DNA from: a virus
Lineage: Duplodnaviria; Caudoviricetes
Reading direction: 5' to 3' (one strand)
Virus record (IMG/VR): IMGVR_UViG_3300045015_000053
DNA length: 64,000 nt
Shown here: one piece after another, positions 51,719 through 59,614 of the stretch
Numbering within the stretch: the first letter of the stretch is position 1
How the letters are laid out: each line of letters opens with the position of its first letter
Notes under the pieces: model-generated
What the model was told of the DNA's origin: nothing
What the model saw: only the letters and a program-made list of their open reading frames with translations
Databases searched by the model: none
Made by a program: the position numbers and the translations under genes

Positions 51719-52187
51719 GTCGCTCGTTGCGTATTCGGAGGTGCCGAGGAAGACCGAAGAGGTCAGCCGCGACGATCCGGCCGAAGTTTTCAAAAAGCTG
51801 AACTGTCTGCGGGTCATCTGCGCCCGCGAACGTGGGATCGGCCTCGCCGCCGTCCAAATCGGTATGACCGACCGGATGTTCGTAGTCCGCAACCCGGACG
51901 ACAGCTTCAGGTTCTTCATCAACACCAAGTATCTCCCGGTCGGCGAGCAAACTTTTACCAGTTGCGAGTCGTGCCTCTCCATCCCCGGTCGCATGTTTCT
52001 TGTTCCCCGAAAGAGCGAGATCCGGGTGGTCGGGACGGAAGTGTTTGTCGGATCTGAGGTTACGTTCAAGGATGTCGATTTTACCGAGTCGGACCCGCTT
52101 TACTCGGCGGTTTTCCAGCACGAGATCGACCACTGCGACGGGGTGATGATCAACGAGGTAGGTCAGGAAATTCGGGTTCGATGTTAA
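51708..52187 (+). CDS. def: peptide deformylase
   Basis: GIGLAAVQIG, ESCLSIPG, QHEIDHCDG. Confidence 0.92.
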   Translation: MKNKSLVAYSEVPRKTEEVSRDDPAEVFKKLNCLRVICARERGIGLAAVQIGMTDRMFVVRNPDDSFRFFINTKYLPVGEQTFTSCESCLSIPGRMFLVPRKSEIRVVGTEVFVGSEVTFKDVDFTESDPLYSAVFQHEIDHCDGVMINEVGQEIRVRC

Positions 52188-52257
52188 AAGAACGGCTTTA
52201 CGACTTGGCCGGTTCTGCCTATACTGAAAGTCGTGCCAACGGATCATTGGAGATTCC

Positions 52258-52533
52258 ATGCTCAGTCGTAAGCACTTGAACGACGTGTGTCTTCTGTATT
52301 CTGGAGACTCACGTCGTTGCCGTTTTCTCACGCAAGACGATTCCGACCCCTCGAAGTGGCACTGTTTGAAGCTTACCTCGCGCCGTCAGGACATAGACGT
52401 TGAAGTGGCCGATTTCATCAAAGACTGTCGGCGGAAGGGTCAAGACCCTGCGAAATCTGGGATGCCGCTCGGTGACAACTGCGGCGGCTACCCTGTATTG
52501 AAGAACATCAATCAGGGCTATGATTGCCCATAG
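52258..52533 (+). CDS. hypothetical Cys-rich protein
   Basis: GGAG RBS; C..CRFL..C..NC.GY; ends QGYDCP. Confidence 0.7.
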   Translation: MLSRKHLNDVCLLYSGDSRRCRFLTQDDSDPSKWHCLKLTSRRQDIDVEVADFIKDCRRKGQDPAKSGMPLGDNCGGYPVLKNINQGYDCP

Positions 52534-52568
52534 GTGAAAAAACCGCAAACCATGATCTATATACGATC

Positions 52569-53099
52569 ATGGAAGACATGACAGGAAAGGTTCTCAACCG
52601 CCAGAAGGTCATCGAGATCGTAGAGGGGACAAAAAGACCTATCCTCTGGAACGTAAGATGTCTAAACTGCGGTGCCGAGAGAACTAACAATCGCGCCAAC
52701 TTCTTAAAGGGGTACGGTTGTAAAACGTGTAGTATGCTCGCAAAGGGCCAAGCTGGTCTGAACAGGTTGTTTAGACAGTACAAGCGACAAGCGAAGAATC
52801 GTGGATTCCAACTTACGCTTGAAGACTTGAAGTTTTTGAGTGGTTCCAATTGTCACTATTGCGGTGTGGTTCCTCAATCCGTGATATACGGCAACTCTCC
52901 AGGGACTTGGAGTGAGTATATGTACAATGGAATCGACCGCAAAGATAACACCCAGGACTACGTTCTGACAAACTGCGTCTCCTGTTGTTGGCGTTGCAAT
53001 AGAACATTTGGTCCTTTGTTTGATTACGAAGAAAAACTGATACTCGCCGAGGCGTTGCGAAAAATCGACCGGCGGCGACAAAGTCAAGACTGTCCCTAA
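52569..53099 (+). mobile_element. free-standing HNH-type endonuclease (same family as the 13181 N-terminal domain)
   Basis: AT-richer; CLNCG, CKTC, FQLTLE, CHYCG, GIDRKDNTQDY, NCVSCCWRCN; ends QSQDCP. Confidence 0.8.
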
Positions 53100-53137
53100 T
53101 CCGGCCGTTTTCATCAGTCACCCGTGGAGACTCGCGT

Positions 53138-53545
53138 ATGAGCGATCAAGTCTTGGACGACGATTTGGATGAGGACAAGAAAGACCAGCCCACAGTCAAG
53201 GACGTGGTCGCGGACGCGAAGTTGTGGATGGGCAGTTACTTCTCGGACAAGCCCTACTACTGCGGCGGTTCGATACCCCATCACATCCTCTACAACCAGA
53301 AGCGGATCAACCTCGTCCTCGACTGCACGTTCGATCACGCGATGGACATCGCCCACGAAGCGTTGGAGAAGAACTTGACCGACGAGGACTGGGAATACAT
53401 CGATGCCGGCGGGGTCGGCCCTGACATCAAAAGCCTGATTTCCGTGCTACATAGCATGTCGGACGAGAAGGTGCCGCAGGAGTACAGTCCGGGCATGCTG
53501 GTCGTCTACCTCGAACTCTGCATGGGTCTTGATGTCGCGTATTGA
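53138..53545 (+). CDS. hypothetical acidic protein
   Basis: GGAG RBS, 135 aa. Confidence 0.7.
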   Translation: MSDQVLDDDLDEDKKDQPTVKDVVADAKLWMGSYFSDKPYYCGGSIPHHILYNQKRINLVLDCTFDHAMDIAHEALEKNLTDEDWEYIDAGGVGPDIKSLISVLHSMSDEKVPQEYSPGMLVVYLELCMGLDVAY

Positions 53546-53918
53546 ATTCGTCTGGACGCCTGAGATGGACCTGTGGTTCATCTCAGGCGATTTCTTTGAG
53601 CAGCCCATCCCCCGCGAAAAAGAGTACCTGCTCAAGTATTTCGAGTCGCGGCTCCAGCGGCAGTTCGTGAGATACTTTTTGTTGTTTCGGTCGCCGCGAA
53701 ACTTCACCGATCACACCGGCCTTCGGGTTCTCCCGCTCTGGCTTCGCAAGCTCCGCAAGAAGATGAACATTCTCGAAACCGCCCACGCGAAGGCGAAGGC
53801 GGATTTTGATTTGGAGCTTGTAGCAAAGATCGAAACCGGCGTATATAAGGTATGTCACTCCTCACGTTCAAAGACTGGCGCAAAAAGCAAAACGAGTCCA
53901 GTCCACAAACCCGTTTGA
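53532..53918 (+). CDS. hypothetical protein
   Basis: 128 aa; overlaps both neighbours. Confidence 0.55.
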   Translation: MSRIEFVWTPEMDLWFISGDFFEQPIPREKEYLLKYFESRLQRQFVRYFLLFRSPRNFTDHTGLRVLPLWLRKLRKKMNILETAHAKAKADFDLELVAKIETGVYKVCHSSRSKTGAKSKTSPVHKPV

Positions 53919-54076
53919 TGCAAGGTATCGCGCGAGGCAACTACCCGCCGACCGCGTCCCCGTTCACCCACTCCACGCCGGCTCCGTGGCAGTTGGACGC
54001 CAACGAAAAGGCGCTGAAGAAGGGCAAAAAGCGTAAGCATCGGAAGAAAAAGGGCGGTGCGAAAAAAAAAGACTGA
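53852..54076 (+). CDS. putative basic internal head protein
   Basis: MSLLTFKDWRKKQNE; Lys-rich tail; TATATA 4 nt upstream. Confidence 0.7.
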   Translation: MSLLTFKDWRKKQNESSPQTRLMQGIARGNYPPTASPFTHSTPAPWQLDANEKALKKGKKRKHRKKKGGAKKKD

Positions 54077-54252
54077 AGAGGCCGAAGAAGATCGACCGGC
54101 CTCGTCCGTTCAACGGCAGTCTTGACCAGTGGGTTGCGGCGGCGGATAATCTTGAGAAGGCTCTTTTGAAACTCAAAGACGCCCGATCCAAAGCCAAGTT
54201 GAAGAAACCCAAAGCCAATGAACGAGATAACCCTCAATCAAAAACAACATGA
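54062..54252 (+). other. candidate -1 programmed frameshift and extension frame
   Basis: A9 slippery run, 7-nt spacer, 7-bp stem GAGGCCG/CGGCCTC; the -1 frame is open for 59 codons to TGA 54250-54252. Confidence 0.5.
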
Positions 54253-54655
54253 CGACATGGAGGTCGTTGTCGATCAGAGCGGCAGCACGTTTCTCATCGT
54301 CGCCGTTCAACACAAGGATTCGTCTCGGAACACACTGAACCGGATCACCTGCAAACGTGGCGTGCCGATGGCCGGACACGTTTACGACTCCAAACAAGAC
54401 TGCTACTTCTTCCCTTGCGTTGATTACTTGCTGATCGGCACCATCAATGCCGCCGCCCACGTCATCTCCAAGAGCAACGGCTGGTCGCTCCGCGTTCCCA
54501 TCGCCCTGTCGATCATTCCCGGCCTGCTCGAAGACGTTCAGAAGTCCGACCTCAAGCATTTTGTGGAGTCGTATGACCCAGAACAACACACTTTCAAGTA
54601 CCTCCAACTCATCGACGCCAACGAGTCGTACCCTCCCGTCAAACAATCGGTATGA
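54218..54655 (+). CDS. hypothetical protein
   Basis: 145 aa (alternative ATG at 54257). Confidence 0.65.
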   Translation: MNEITLNQKQHDDMEVVVDQSGSTFLIVAVQHKDSSRNTLNRITCKRGVPMAGHVYDSKQDCYFFPCVDYLLIGTINAAAHVISKSNGWSLRVPIALSIIPGLLEDVQKSDLKHFVESYDPEQHTFKYLQLIDANESYPPVKQSV

Positions 54656-54677
54656 CGATCTGCCGCTGGCCGTCACA

Positions 54678-55001
54678 ATGGTCGCGAAGTCCCTGACACG
54701 CTACGGCGTGGCGGCGGTCATTTGCGACCGCCAGCTTTTCGCCATCGGACAGGGCGACACGGCCGAACTCGACGCGGTCGCGGCGTTCGGAACTGACCTC
54801 AACTCGGCCACGATGTACACGACCCGTAAACCCGACCAAGCGGTCATTACGCTTCTGGAAAAGTGCGGGCTGCGGCGGATCGCGGTTTTGCAGACGGCAC
54901 CGGACGGACACGATTCGTCGCGCGGGATCGTGGACTACTTGGGCGGGTGCGTTTTCCGCATGAGGGACATGATGAAGTCTTTGCCGGGGATGGATAGATA
55001 A
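54678..55001 (+). CDS. deaminase-fold protein lacking zinc ligands
   Basis: VAAVI...IGQG..TAELDAV...ATMYTTRKPD...LLEKCGLRRI aligns by eye to the dCMP-deaminase pattern without HxE/PCxxC. Confidence 0.4.
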   Translation: MVAKSLTRYGVAAVICDRQLFAIGQGDTAELDAVAAFGTDLNSATMYTTRKPDQAVITLLEKCGLRRIAVLQTAPDGHDSSRGIVDYLGGCVFRMRDMMKSLPGMDR

Positions 55002-55006
55002 GCTTC

Positions 55007-55801
55007 ATGGGATGCTCGAACTCTAATATGTCGGTCAACGCCACGTTTCCGACCGTCGATACAAACACCTGCCCCGACCGTCTCGGATGTCCTCCGGGCG
55101 TTTGCCCCGATTTCACAATCCGCCGTCACGACACCAAGCCGCCCTTCAAGGTACATGTCGAAGACTGCGACGGCGCTTTGGATCTGCAAGACAAGGTCGT
55201 TGAGTTCAGCATGTGGGCGAAGGCCAAGCTGAAGACCGACATCACCACTTCCGACTTCACCCTCTCTTTTGCCGACCGCATCGGATTCGATCAGGTACTC
55301 GAAGGCGACATCTTGATCTTCGACCGCGCTCGCGGCCCGGAACACATGAAGGTGATCGGGTTCGATGAGGACAACTACATCGTCATCGTCCAGCGGGCCG
55401 TTAACGGCTCGTCACCCTCGAATTGGAAGAAGGGGACCGTCATCAGGATCATGAAGGAGATGAGTGCGCCCGCCTCGTCCGAACTGATCCTCCAAGACAT
55501 CGTCAACAAGGACGGTACGACGGACAAAGACCAGTTGACCGACAGTTTCCTCGTCTACGAGTGGCAGCCGAGGGACACCTGCCTGCCGGGGTGCTACTGG
55601 GCCGAGTTCAAACTACTTTCTTTGAAGTTGATGGAAACAGACCCAGGTGGGGACGAAGACGACACTACTATAACGATGACGATTTCTCCTTCCGACGCCG
55701 GATGCAAATTGGGCGAGGGGGTAGAATGGGTTAGACGTTTCCCGGTCAGCGGTGAAGGTTATCTGATTAAGGTGTTCGATAGTCCCACCGCAGAACTATA
55801 A
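55007..55801 (+). CDS. putative virion structural protein (BppU-like N-domain)
   Basis: FTIRRHDTKPPFKVHVEDC..ALDL, YEWQPRDT..PG.Y.AEF; TAGATA box upstream. Confidence 0.55.
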   Translation: MGCSNSNMSVNATFPTVDTNTCPDRLGCPPGVCPDFTIRRHDTKPPFKVHVEDCDGALDLQDKVVEFSMWAKAKLKTDITTSDFTLSFADRIGFDQVLEGDILIFDRARGPEHMKVIGFDEDNYIVIVQRAVNGSSPSNWKKGTVIRIMKEMSAPASSELILQDIVNKDGTTDKDQLTDSFLVYEWQPRDTCLPGCYWAEFKLLSLKLMETDPGGDEDDTTITMTISPSDAGCKLGEGVEWVRRFPVSGEGYLIKVFDSPTAEL

Positions 55802-55813
55802 CGGAGAGGGAAC

Positions 55814-57469
55814 ATGCCGACGACAGCGGAGTTTCAGGTCGAGCGTCTCGAAAACGCCGGCATCAAACACGTTTTCACAGTGCCGGGCGATTTCTGCTTG
55901 GGCTTGTGCGATGCGATCTCCAAGAGCAAGATCAAGCTCGTCAACTGTGCCGATGAAGCGTCGGCCGGTTTCGCCGCAGACGCCTACGCACGGGTTCACG
56001 GCATCGGGTGTGTGCTTACGACCTACAACGTCGGCACCCTGAAGTTGTGCAACGCCATCGCCGGGGCATACGCCGAGCGGTCGCCGGTCATCGTGTTGGC
56101 GGGTGCGCCGGGCATGAACGAGCGGCACGAGGACTTCAAGCTGCACCACATGGTTCGCGGCTTCAACATGCAACAGAAGATCTTCAAGGAACTGACGTGT
56201 GCGTCCGTCGTACTTGACGACCCCGTCAGAGCCGCCTTCAAGGTCGATGAAGCGATGGAAGAGATGTACTGGCACCGCCAGCCCATCTACATCGAGATCC
56301 CCCGCGACGTGGCGAACATGCGGGTGAAGTACGACGTGTACCAGCAGGGTACGCCGAAGTCCCAGACGAACAACCAGCCCGCGATGAAAGAGGCGATGTC
56401 CGAAGCCGTCTCGATGCTGCGGGACGCCAAGCGGCCGGTCATCTTTGCCGGCGTGCAGCTACAGCGGTTCGGACTCGGCAAACAGATGCTGCGGTTCGCG
56501 GAAAAGAACAACCTGCCGTTCGTTACGACACCCCTCAGCAAATCGCTGGTGGACGAGCGACACGACCTGTTCCTCGGCGTTTACGCCGGGATGAGTACCG
56601 AGTCGCGGGTGAAGCAGTACGTCGATCAGAGCGATTGCGTGTTGATCTTGGGGGAGATGTTGACCGACATCACTCTGGGGTTCCAGAAGGCACAGTTCAA
56701 GACGGAGAACAGCATCTTCGTGACGGCGGAAGGGTTGGCGATCTGCAACCACAACTATCGCGGAGTTCGGTTCACCGACTTCTGTGCGGAACTGTTCAAG
56801 GTGACATCCGTGAATCACGACCACCCGGTCATTGAGGTGCCGGGCAAGCCGGCTTACAAGCCCGAACCGGAAAAGAAACTGACGGTGCAGCGGTTTTTCG
56901 ACAAGGTCGAGTCGGTTTTGAACGAAGAGACGGTGGTGTGCGCCGACATCGGGGAGAGCCTGTTCGGTTCGATGCACATGAACATGAACGGCGGGGAGTT
57001 CATCTGCCAAGCGTTCTACACCAGCATGGGCTTCGCGATCCCCGCCGCCTTGAGCGTCGGGTTGTCGAAGCCGGCAATGCGTCCGCTGGTTCTGGTCGGC
57101 GACGGTGCGTTCCAGATGTCCGTGGCCGAATTGGGGACCATCGTCAAACAAGGTTTGAATCCCATCGTGTTCGTGCTGAACAACAGCGGGTACGGAACCG
57201 AGCGTCTGCTTTTGGACGGCCCCTTCAACGACATTCCGGCGTGGGAATACCACAAAGTAGTTGAAGTGTTCGGCGGCGTCGGGTATAAAGTGCAGACCGA
57301 AGGCGAGTTGGAAGAGGCCGTCAAAGCCGCTCTCCAAAACAAGAAATTGACTGTGATCAACGTTGTAGTTGATCCCAAAGACACGTCTTGGTCCCTCAAA
57401 CGTGCAACCGAGGGCTTCAAGGCAAACCGCTTCCTAGAAGAAGCGAACAACACGAACGGAAGGAAATAA
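55814..57469 (+). CDS. thiamine-pyrophosphate 2-oxoacid decarboxylase (pyruvate/indolepyruvate decarboxylase family)
   Basis: FTVPGDF, DEASAGFAADAYAR, TYNVG.L...NAIAGAYAE, HH, GDGAFQMS...NNSGYGTER. Confidence 0.9.
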   Translation: MPTTAEFQVERLENAGIKHVFTVPGDFCLGLCDAISKSKIKLVNCADEASAGFAADAYARVHGIGCVLTTYNVGTLKLCNAIAGAYAERSPVIVLAGAPGMNERHEDFKLHHMVRGFNMQQKIFKELTCASVVLDDPVRAAFKVDEAMEEMYWHRQPIYIEIPRDVANMRVKYDVYQQGTPKSQTNNQPAMKEAMSEAVSMLRDAKRPVIFAGVQLQRFGLGKQMLRFAEKNNLPFVTTPLSKSLVDERHDLFLGVYAGMSTESRVKQYVDQSDCVLILGEMLTDITLGFQKAQFKTENSIFVTAEGLAICNHNYRGVRFTDFCAELFKVTSVNHDHPVIEVPGKPAYKPEPEKKLTVQRFFDKVESVLNEETVVCADIGESLFGSMHMNMNGGEFICQAFYTSMGFAIPAALSVGLSKPAMRPLVLVGDGAFQMSVAELGTIVKQGLNPIVFVLNNSGYGTERLLLDGPFNDIPAWEYHKVVEVFGGVGYKVQTEGELEEAVKAALQNKKLTVINVVVDPKDTSWSLKRATEGFKANRFLEEANNTNGRK

Positions 57470-58083
57470 TGCACAACAACTCGAACCCTGCTCAGGGCAA
57501 CCAGCAACAACCGTACCGGCCGCAGCCACAGGGCAACCGCCCGTGGCAGAAACGCGACGACCGGCCACCTGAGAAGGGCAGGCACCGCATCAACCTGAAC
57601 ATTCGTGTTCCAGAGGTGCGGGTTGTGCAGGACGGCAAGCAACTCGGCGTCATGCGGACGAGCGAAGCGATGGCCCTCGCGACGGAAGCGGGGCTGGATC
57701 TGGTCGAGATCGCGCCGCAGGGTCGTCCACCCGTCTGTTCGATCATGGACTACGGACAGTTCAAGTACCAAGAGAAGATCAAACAAAAAGAAAACGACAA
57801 GAAGCAGCGGGAAGCTTCGCACCAACTCAAGGAAATTCGTCTATCCCCGACCATCGGCGATAACGACATCGCCGTCAAGGTCAAGCAGGCGAAGGGCTTC
57901 TTGGCCGAGGGCAAGAAGGTTCAGGTGGTGGTCGTTTTCCAGCGGCGTCAACTCAGTCACAAGGACATGGGGTTCGAGGTCGCGAAGAAGTTCATCGACG
58001 CCCTCGGCGAAGAGGTGACTGTCGAGGCGCAACCGAAACTCGAAGGCAACAAGCTCACCTGCCGAGTTGCCGCGAAGCCGTAA
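57469..58083 (+). CDS. infC: translation initiation factor IF-3 with a Q/N/P-rich N-extension
   Basis: RINLNIRVPEVRVV, AGLDLVEIAP, PPVCSIMDYGQFKY, LKEIRLSPTI, GKKVQV, PKLEG. Confidence 0.93.
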   Translation: MHNNSNPAQGNQQQPYRPQPQGNRPWQKRDDRPPEKGRHRINLNIRVPEVRVVQDGKQLGVMRTSEAMALATEAGLDLVEIAPQGRPPVCSIMDYGQFKYQEKIKQKENDKKQREASHQLKEIRLSPTIGDNDIAVKVKQAKGFLAEGKKVQVVVVFQRRQLSHKDMGFEVAKKFIDALGEEVTVEAQPKLEGNKLTCRVAAKP

Positions 58084-58086
58084 AAC

Positions 58087-59256
58087 ATGGTTCCAGACGC
58101 CAAAGAGTTCAACCGGGCGGTCATCGACCGCCTGAAGGGTTCCGGCCCGCCCGTCACCTCGTGTGGCGAGTGGTACGCCGACTTCGTAGCACTGCCGGAA
58201 GACGTGGTCGAAACGGTCTTCGGCACCGCCGGGGTCAACCTGCAATACTTCCTCGGCCAGATGGACCTGAAACACCCCGATCTGCGGGACAACGTCGAAG
58301 AACGGATCTTCAACTCTCATTCGTCTACAACATTCGGCTCAATGGTCGGGCTGGTCAAACTAGCCATCGATTCCAACAAAAAAGAACTGCTGCCGGCCCT
58401 CTCGCAAGTCGATTTCATCCCCCGCGATTTGTACGAACAGGCCGACACCGAAAGACACATCAGGTGCCTGAAGGATGCAGTCACCCGCCAAGAGTATCGC
58501 AAAAACAAGAAATCTCAGGCCGTTGACACCGCGACGTTCTCGCGGCGCGGCGAAGAGATCTGGAACATGCAGCCCGCGTCGTTCGTTTCTCTGATGCGGT
58601 ACGAGAAGGCTTACGACGAAGAGGTCAAGGCGGCGAAGCACCGTGCGAAGAGGTTCCGCGACCTCGGCTGTGTCGCGATGGCCGGCGAGGTCATGAAGTC
58701 GGTCGAATTGTTCGAGTCGCAACTTTCCGACTCGTATCTCGGCTTCAACCGGCTTACCTTCAACTCCGCGTTGGTGATCCTCGCCAAGTGGCACAAGTAC
58801 GACTTCACCGCGCCGTACATTCTGTCGGCTTGGCCCACCGAGCGGAACTACAGGATCTTGGTTCCCGCCCGTTACTTCGCCGACTACGATTTCTTCGAGA
58901 AGTCCGAAGAACAGGCGATGTGCTGGAACTACAGCCCACGGATCTACCCGCTCGCGGATCTGGAACCGTTGACGCCCGACATGAAAGAAATCATCGGGCT
59001 GTGCGAGGAACACCCGCAGTACGGCAACCGGCCGCTGTTCGATCACTATGTCGTGATGTTGCCGGGCGTAGATTATCCGTCGTTTCGCGAGAAGTCATAC
59101 ACGTTCCGAAGCGACACCGGCTCTTTGACGAGCTTCGATGACTACAACAAAGCTCGGCACTCTCTCGACCGCACGCTCTTGCACGCCGGCGCGTTCAGCG
59201 GGGTCGTGATGGGCGAACGCGACGGCAAATGCTACTTCATCTCAGTTTGGAGTTAG
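58087..59256 (+). CDS. hypothetical protein
   Basis: 389-aa ORF with typical codon usage. Confidence 0.75.
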   Translation: MVPDAKEFNRAVIDRLKGSGPPVTSCGEWYADFVALPEDVVETVFGTAGVNLQYFLGQMDLKHPDLRDNVEERIFNSHSSTTFGSMVGLVKLAIDSNKKELLPALSQVDFIPRDLYEQADTERHIRCLKDAVTRQEYRKNKKSQAVDTATFSRRGEEIWNMQPASFVSLMRYEKAYDEEVKAAKHRAKRFRDLGCVAMAGEVMKSVELFESQLSDSYLGFNRLTFNSALVILAKWHKYDFTAPYILSAWPTERNYRILVPARYFADYDFFEKSEEQAMCWNYSPRIYPLADLEPLTPDMKEIIGLCEEHPQYGNRPLFDHYVVMLPGVDYPSFREKSYTFRSDTGSLTSFDDYNKARHSLDRTLLHAGAFSGVVMGERDGKCYFISVWS

Positions 59257-59259
59257 ATC

Positions 59260-59595
59260 ATGAATCTCATCGTTACCGAAAAGGCGTTGAAGGAACTGCG
59301 GCACATCATGGCCGATCAAAACTTCGACGCCAACGTCACCTACGCCCGCCTCACCATCCTCGGCGGCGGATGTTCCGGGTTCCAGCACAAGTTCCACCTT
59401 GATGAGAACTTCAATGAGAAGACCGACATCCTTGTGGAGATCGATGGGCTGAAGTTCGTGACGGACAAGAGGTCGGCTCTGTACCTCGACGGCACCACGG
59501 TCGATTTCCTCGAAGATTTGAACAAGAGGGGTTTCAAAATGAGCAATCCCTCGATAAAGTCAACCTGTGGATGCGGTTCGAGTTTTTCAATGTGA
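59260..59595 (+). CDS. iscA: A-type Fe-S carrier (IscA/ErpA/HesB family)
   Basis: GGGCSG, YLDGTTVDF, GFKMSNP, TCGCGSSF. Confidence 0.9.
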   Translation: MNLIVTEKALKELRHIMADQNFDANVTYARLTILGGGCSGFQHKFHLDENFNEKTDILVEIDGLKFVTDKRSALYLDGTTVDFLEDLNKRGFKMSNPSIKSTCGCGSSFSM

Positions 59596-59614
59596 ATCAT
59601 TTCTGGAGATCCAG

